NCBI RefSeq assembly: GCF_045037415.1
Contig: NZ_CP173438.1
DNA: 64,000 bases
Source of the DNA: Escherichia coli
Lineage (GTDB): Bacteria > Pseudomonadota > Gammaproteobacteria > Enterobacterales > Enterobacteriaceae
Reading direction: 5' to 3' (one strand)
Shown piece after piece: positions 59,053 through 64,000 of the stretch (within the stretch, counting starts at the first letter, position 1; every line of letters starts with the position of its first letter). A model generated the notes under the pieces. That model was not told the origin of the DNA and searched no databases. It was given only the letters and a program-made list of their open reading frames with translations. The translations under genes were made by a program, and so were the position numbers.

Positions 59053-60222
59053 ATGTCTGTAGCCCTTATTCGTGACGGCGTCATCCGTCCATCCGAAAAC
59101 GATTCGCATGTGCTTACCGCCATGCTGCCCTCGTCCTGCCCGCAAAACCACGCGGCGAATATTCTGCCTTTGCCGGATGGCGCGTTAATGTGCGTCTGGT
59201 TTGCGGGAACGCAGGAAGGTATTGCCGATATTTCTGTCTGGGGATCGCGATTGCCCGCTGGCGGAATGCAGTGGAGCGATGCGGCCAAACTTTCCCACGA
59301 TGACACGCGTTCAGAGCAAAACCCGGTGCTGTTTCTCGCGCCGGATAACGTGCTGTGGCTCCTATGGACCGCACAAATATCCGGTAATCAGGACACCGCC
59401 ATCGTCCGCTACCGTAAGTCAGACGACCTCGGACAAACCTGGGGCGAGATTGCCACCCTGCTTGATAAACCCGGTACGTTCATTCGACAGCCAATCACGG
59501 TGCTTGATAACGGCAACTGGCTGCTGCCCGTCTTTTATTGCCGTACCCAACCCGGCGAAAAATGGGTCGGCAATGATGATATCAGCGCAGTGAAAATTTC
59601 CGCTGACGGTGGTCACTCCTGGCGCGATGTCGAGGTGCCGCAAAGTCTCGGCTGTGTTCATATGAATATCACAATGTTGCACGACGGTACGTTGGTTGCT
59701 CTCTTTCGCAGCCGTTGGGCAGACAACATCTATATCAGCCATTCAGTGGACAACGGCGAGAGTTGGTCGGTGCCGCAAGCAACCGAATTGCCCAACAACA
59801 ATTCGTCTATTCAGGTAACGACGCTTGCCAGCGGCGAACTGGCGCTGGTGTACAACGCGATGAGTGCGGCAGGCGCAGTAGAACGTCGCGCGTCGCTTTA
59901 TGACGAAATCGACGATGGCGACGACAGCCGCAAAGAACCGACAGCCGTCGGACGCTCCGCTTTCTGGGGTGCCCCACGCGCGCCGATGACGGTAGCGATT
60001 TCTGCCGATGGTGGGAAAAGCTGGTCGTGGCGGCGCAATCTCGATGAAGGCGACGGCTACTGCATGACCAACAATTCCCTGGAAAAGCTAAATCGTGAGT
60101 TCTCCTACCCCAGCATCAAACAAAGCCCGGACGGTACGCTACATATCGCTTACACCTGGTGGCGTCAGGCCATCAAGTACGTACGCATCTCCCCCGAGTG
60201 GGTTAAGGGGCAGGCATCATGA
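59053..60222 (+). CDS. BNR/Asp-box repeat protein, sialidase-like beta-propeller, no signal peptide
   Basis: 389 aa; four Asp-boxes (SDDLGQTW, SADGGHSW, SVDNGESW, SADGGKSW); N-terminus not hydrophobic. Confidence 0.8.
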   Translation: MSVALIRDGVIRPSENDSHVLTAMLPSSCPQNHAANILPLPDGALMCVWFAGTQEGIADISVWGSRLPAGGMQWSDAAKLSHDDTRSEQNPVLFLAPDNVLWLLWTAQISGNQDTAIVRYRKSDDLGQTWGEIATLLDKPGTFIRQPITVLDNGNWLLPVFYCRTQPGEKWVGNDDISAVKISADGGHSWRDVEVPQSLGCVHMNITMLHDGTLVALFRSRWADNIYISHSVDNGESWSVPQATELPNNNSSIQVTTLASGELALVYNAMSAAGAVERRASLYDEIDDGDDSRKEPTAVGRSAFWGAPRAPMTVAISADGGKSWSWRRNLDEGDGYCMTNNSLEKLNREFSYPSIKQSPDGTLHIAYTWWRQAIKYVRISPEWVKGQAS

Positions 60223-60689
60223 TTATCGGTAATCTCAACCATTTGTCGCTGGCGGGGCTTCCTGCCTGGGTGAGAAATATTCTGCTGCGCCCGGAGTGTT
60301 CGTTATCGGCGTTATCCACCAGAGAGGACGGTCGCTGGCAACCTGAAGGATGTCGGTGGTTCTGCTCGCTGGGAACTTCAGACACGCAACCCGCCGAACT
60401 TCGCCATACGGAGTATCACCATCTATGGGCCGATATACAGGTGGTGATTACTGGTTGTGAGGGCATTAATGCGGGAACGCGGCCCATCGCTCGCGAAAAC
60501 GATGAAGAACGTAAGCCCGATCTGTTTATCGCCCCATCCCCTGAAAACAGTGTCGCCATCACCCTACACGCCGGTGATTTCGCCGTCTTTATGCCTGAGG
60601 AACCTCACCAGGCACTGTGCGCAATTGGCACGGCTACTTCAATACGCAAAGCGGTCTTTAAAGTACCGCGCGACATGCTGGAAGCCTAA
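60219..60689 (+). CDS. YhcH/YjgK/YiaL-family (DUF386) protein
   Basis: 156 aa; ATGA start/stop overlap with the BNR gene. Confidence 0.75.
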   Translation: MIIGNLNHLSLAGLPAWVRNILLRPECSLSALSTREDGRWQPEGCRWFCSLGTSDTQPAELRHTEYHHLWADIQVVITGCEGINAGTRPIARENDEERKPDLFIAPSPENSVAITLHAGDFAVFMPEEPHQALCAIGTATSIRKAVFKVPRDMLEA

Positions 60690-60702
60690 AAGGAGAGAAA
60701 AA

Positions 60703-61983
60703 ATGACAATGGAAATGATCCTGGCATTAGGAATACTGGTCCTGATGATCGTGCTGATCATGTCGGACAAAATGCCTTTTGGCGCACCGCCACTGCTTGC
60801 GTGTTTATTGCTGGTTGTATCGGGACTTTCGACCGTTCAACAGGCTTTTGCCGGATTCGTCAATCCAAGCGTGGTGATGATTGCAGGGTTTATGGTGGTC
60901 ATGGCGGCGCTACAAAAAACCCGGCTTATCAGCAACGTTAAATCTGCGATGATAAGCCTGGTCAATAAAGGCAGTTACCGCAGCTATGGGCTGTTATTAG
61001 TCATTGTTATGCTGGGTGCCAGTCTTGCCGGCACCGGAGCGACCGGTTATTACGTGCTAATTCTGTCGCTGGTATCCACCATTCCGTACAGTAAAAAGCT
61101 ACCAACATCGAAATTAATGATGCCCCTGGGATTTGCCACCAACCACCCGCTTCTTCCTATCAATCTCGCGCTTCTCTTTGGCGTTACGGCGACCGTACTC
61201 GAAACCGCGGGGTTTCATCAGGCGATTTCGATGGGGCGCTTTGCGCTGGTGAATCTCATCATGTCAGCGGCTTTCCTCGCATGGAGTCTTATTGCCTACC
61301 GTTTTCTTCCGGATCATCCCATTGCGGATGCTTCCGAGGATGCGCTGGCGGCACGCGAGGAAACGTTTAACGCCCTTCCTGCCTGGAAAGAATATTGCAC
61401 TATTGCCGCATTCGCTGTCAGCGTTATCGGCATGATGCTAATGAACATTCTGGGAAATATCGCCTTCGTTATTCCGGGTCTTGCGGGTGCGTTTGTTCTG
61501 ATGATCGATGTACTGGACTTCAAAGAAGTTCGCGATCATATGGGGGCTCCGGTCATTTTAATGATGGCGGGGGTGATCGGTGTAGCTGATGCACTGGCGG
61601 GCACCGGCTTTACGGCGATGGTTGGCGATGCCGTTGCAGGTGTGCTCGGTTCTGGCGTCTCACCGTTTGTATTTATTGTCGCCTTTGCTTTGCTTACCAG
61701 TACCTGCGCCACCTTCACGGGTTCGAATATGGGGTCAGTATATATTTTTGCCCCCATCGCCATTGCCGCCTGTACTAGCCTTGGGCTTAACCCGACCGCT
61801 GCCGCGATTGCGGTGGTGATTTCTGGCTGGAATGGCGGCTATATGCCTATTGACGGAATGCCAGCCATGATCCTCGGAATGGGGAAATACAAACTTCCCG
61901 AATTCTGGGTGTTCTCTGTACCAATGTATCTCATCCGCATTCTGGCGCTTTGTGCAGGCGCTGTTTTTATCTTCCCAATGTAA
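60703..61983 (+). CDS. polytopic permease, ion-transporter superfamily (DASS/CitMHS-like), substrate unknown
   Basis: ORF-track frame from 60457 overlaps upstream genes; start placed at ATG 60703 (MTMEMILALGILVL) after AAGGAGAG Shine-Dalgarno. Confidence 0.75.
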   Translation: MTMEMILALGILVLMIVLIMSDKMPFGAPPLLACLLLVVSGLSTVQQAFAGFVNPSVVMIAGFMVVMAALQKTRLISNVKSAMISLVNKGSYRSYGLLLVIVMLGASLAGTGATGYYVLILSLVSTIPYSKKLPTSKLMMPLGFATNHPLLPINLALLFGVTATVLETAGFHQAISMGRFALVNLIMSAAFLAWSLIAYRFLPDHPIADASEDALAAREETFNALPAWKEYCTIAAFAVSVIGMMLMNILGNIAFVIPGLAGAFVLMIDVLDFKEVRDHMGAPVILMMAGVIGVADALAGTGFTAMVGDAVAGVLGSGVSPFVFIVAFALLTSTCATFTGSNMGSVYIFAPIAIAACTSLGLNPTAAAIAVVISGWNGGYMPIDGMPAMILGMGKYKLPEFWVFSVPMYLIRILALCAGAVFIFPM

Positions 61984-61991
61984 TCTCAGAC

Positions 61992-62027
61992 AAAAAAAGC
62001 GGCAGAGAAGATCCCTGCCGCTTTTTA
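61992..62027 (+). terminator. Intrinsic terminator of the island-B plus-strand operon
   Basis: aaaaaaagcggcag-agaagatcc-ctgccgcttttt hairpin with a T-run. Confidence 0.65.
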
Positions 62028-62032
62028 TTGTT

Positions 62033-62057
62033 GGATGCGACGCTGCCGCGTCGCATC
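62033..62057. repeat. REP-like palindrome between the island-B operon and nagE
   Basis: ggatgcgacgc-tgc-cgcgtcgcatc. Confidence 0.4.
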
Positions 62058-62071
62058 AGACATAAAGCAGA

Positions 62072-64000
62072 TTACTTTTTGATTTCATACAGCGGTGTTT
62101 GACCCGCCACAACATGGCCCTGAGCTTTAATGATAAGGCCGCTGAAATCATCGATATTGCTGCAAACCACCGGGCTAATCATCGAACGGGCGTTAGCGTT
62201 CAGGTAATCCAGATCCATTTCCAGAATCGGTTGCCCTGCGCTTACCTGCGCGCCCTCTTCCACCAGACGTTTAAAGCCTTTACCTTCCAGCGCTACGGTG
62301 TCGATACCCATATGGACGACGATCTCCGCGCCTTTTTCGGTTTCCAGACAGAACGCGTGGTTGGTGTTGAAGATTTTCACGATTGTTCCTGCGGCTGGTG
62401 ATACGACGATTTTATCTGTCGGTTTCACCGCCACACCGTCACCCACCGCTTTGCTGGCGAATGCTTCGTCAGGAATCTGATCCAGTGCCACAACATCCCC
62501 GGTAATCGGCGATACCAGCTCCGCGATAGATACCGCGTTTGGTACAGCCTGCGGTTTTGCTACAGGAGCGGCAGTTGCCGGAGTTGCTTCAGCTGACGCA
62601 GCGGCTACCGGACCACGGGCAACGACTTTCTTCATCGCATCGCCGATGGATTCTGCTTTCGCGCCAACAATCACCTGAATAGTCTGTTTGTTCAGTTTTA
62701 CTACCCCAGAAGCACCCAGACGTTTACACATCGCATCGTTGACGCGAGCTGAGTCAACCACGGTAAGGCGCAGACGAGTAATACAGGCGTCAATGGCTTT
62801 CAGGTTGTCAGTACCGCCAACCGCAGCAATATAGTTGGTTGCCAGTTGATTGAGACCTTCTTCAGTATTGCTGTTAGCCTCTTCAGTAACGATCTCGTCT
62901 TCTTTATCTTCACGACCCGGCGTTTTCAGGTTGAACATGCGGATAACCAAACTGAACACCACGAAGTAGATAGCGAAGAAGACAACCCCCATCACCAGCA
63001 GCATCCAGACGTTCTGGCTGGCGGCCGGCAGGTTATACATCAACGCGTAGTCGATAGCCCCCGCAGAGAAAGAGAAGCCGGCATGGATACCCAGCAACGT
63101 TGCCACAAACAGGCTGATACCGGTCAGCAGTGCGTGCAGGAGGTACAGCAGCGGTGCAAGGAACATGAACAGGAATTCCAGCGGCTCAGTCACACCGGTC
63201 AGGAACGCAGTAACAGCAACAGAAAGCAGCATCCCGCCAACCATCGGACGACGCTCTTTCGGTGCTGCGAAGTACATCGCCAGCGCCGCACCCGGCAGGC
63301 CGAACATCATAATCGGGAAGAAGCCGGACATGAACATCCCCGCGGTGCCGTCACCGGCATAGAAGCGGTTGATATCACCGTGGAAAACCGTTCCCGCCGC
63401 GTTGGTGAATTCACCAATCTGGAACCAGGCGATGGTGTTCAGCACCTGATGCAGACCGGTTGGGATCAGCAGACGGTTGATGAAACCAAAGATACCGGAA
63501 CCCAGCGCGCCCGCAGAAACGATCCACTCGCCGCCTGCATGGATAGCGTGCTGTACCGGTGGCCAGACGTAACCAAAAATGGCCGCCAGCACCAGACAGA
63601 AGAAGCCGGTGGCTATCGGCACAAAGCGTTTGCCGCCGAAGAAGCTCAGGAAGTCCGGCAGTTTAATATCGGACCAACGGTTATAGGCTGCGCCACCAAC
63701 CAGACCGGTAATGATACCCGCCAGTACACCCATGTTAATTTCTGGGTTGATGGTCACCATCGCTTTGGTTAACACAAAGTAACCTACCGCACCCGCCAGT
63801 GCCGCCGCACCTGCGCTGTCTTTCGACCAGCTGGATGCCACGCCGATGGCGAATATTAATGCGAGGTTATCAAAAATCGCACCGCCCGCCTGGGCAATAA
63901 ACGCAACGTTAAGTAAATCTGGCTGACCGAATCGCAGCAACAGCGCCGCCACCGGCAGCACCGCGATAGGGAGCTGTAACGCCCTACCGAGTCGCTGGAA
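62072..64000 (-). CDS. nagE: PTS N-acetylglucosamine-specific EIICBA, partial (5' end beyond window end)
   Basis: ORF-track protein begins within the N-terminal region (LPVAALLLRFGQPDLLNVAF...); frame stays open to the window edge. Confidence 0.95.
   Translation of the reverse strand, partial: FQRLGRALQLPIAVLPVAALLLRFGQPDLLNVAFIAQAGGAIFDNLALIFAIGVASSWSKDSAGAAALAGAVGYFVLTKAMVTINPEINMGVLAGIITGLVGGAAYNRWSDIKLPDFLSFFGGKRFVPIATGFFCLVLAAIFGYVWPPVQHAIHAGGEWIVSAGALGSGIFGFINRLLIPTGLHQVLNTIAWFQIGEFTNAAGTVFHGDINRFYAGDGTAGMFMSGFFPIMMFGLPGAALAMYFAAPKERRPMVGGMLLSVAVTAFLTGVTEPLEFLFMFLAPLLYLLHALLTGISLFVATLLGIHAGFSFSAGAIDYALMYNLPAASQNVWMLLVMGVVFFAIYFVVFSLVIRMFNLKTPGREDKEDEIVTEEANSNTEEGLNQLATNYIAAVGGTDNLKAIDACITRLRLTVVDSARVNDAMCKRLGASGVVKLNKQTIQVIVGAKAESIGDAMKKVVARGPVAAASAEATPATAAPVAKPQAVPNAVSIAELVSPITGDVVALDQIPDEAFASKAVGDGVAVKPTDKIVVSPAAGTIVKIFNTNHAFCLETEKGAEIVVHMGIDTVALEGKGFKRLVEEGAQVSAGQPILEMDLDYLNANARSMISPVVCSNIDDFSGLIIKAQGHVVAGQTPLYEIKK

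Noticed and set aside
60457-60702. Long N-terminal extension of the island-B permease ORF (ORF-track start 60457)
   Set aside because: The extension overlaps the YhcH-like gene in another frame and is hydrophilic and basic; a Shine-Dalgarno-preceded ATG at 60703 begins the hydrophobic transporter sequence.
52785-62071. Island B as a prophage, integrative element or defence island
   Set aside because: No integrase, recombinase, transposase, phage structural, restriction, toxin-antitoxin or nuclease-like genes and no tRNA target; all genes are metabolic, transport or regulatory.

Overview
This 64 kb window is an Escherichia-type enterobacterial chromosome segment, in reverse orientation relative to the E. 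coli K-12 map, running from mngA to nagE. Conserved content: mngA (partial), mngR, sucDCBA, sdhBADC, gltA, abrB, nei, pxpACB, ybgI, dtpD, phr-ybgA, ybfA, kdpFABCDE, speFL-speF-potE, pgm-seqA, ybfF, ybfE, fldA, uof-fur, chiQ-chiP, glnS and nagE (partial). Two accessory gene islands interrupt this backbone. Island A (about 14.5-22.5 kb) lies between gltA and abrB and encodes a TRAP transporter, a split UxaA-type dehydratase, an SDR, a Zn-dependent dehydrogenase, an RraA-like protein and a divergent GntR regulator. Island B (about 52.8-62.1 kb) lies between glnS and nagE and is the strongest candidate for an undescribed system: a DeoR regulator, a PdxA-family dehydrogenase and a DUF1537 four-carbon acid-sugar kinase, divergent from an operon of Fe-alcohol dehydrogenase, DapA-family lyase, TerC/YgdQ-like membrane protein, a cytoplasmic BNR/Asp-box sialidase-like protein, a YhcH-family protein and a permease. 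Three functional small ORFs below the 60-aa ORF-track cutoff were found by direct reading (kdpF, speFL, uof). No rRNA, tRNA, CRISPR array, IS element, integrase or prophage gene was seen. All calls rest on reading the sequence and ORF track and on recalled family knowledge; no database search was run, and coordinates of non-coding features may be off by a base or two.
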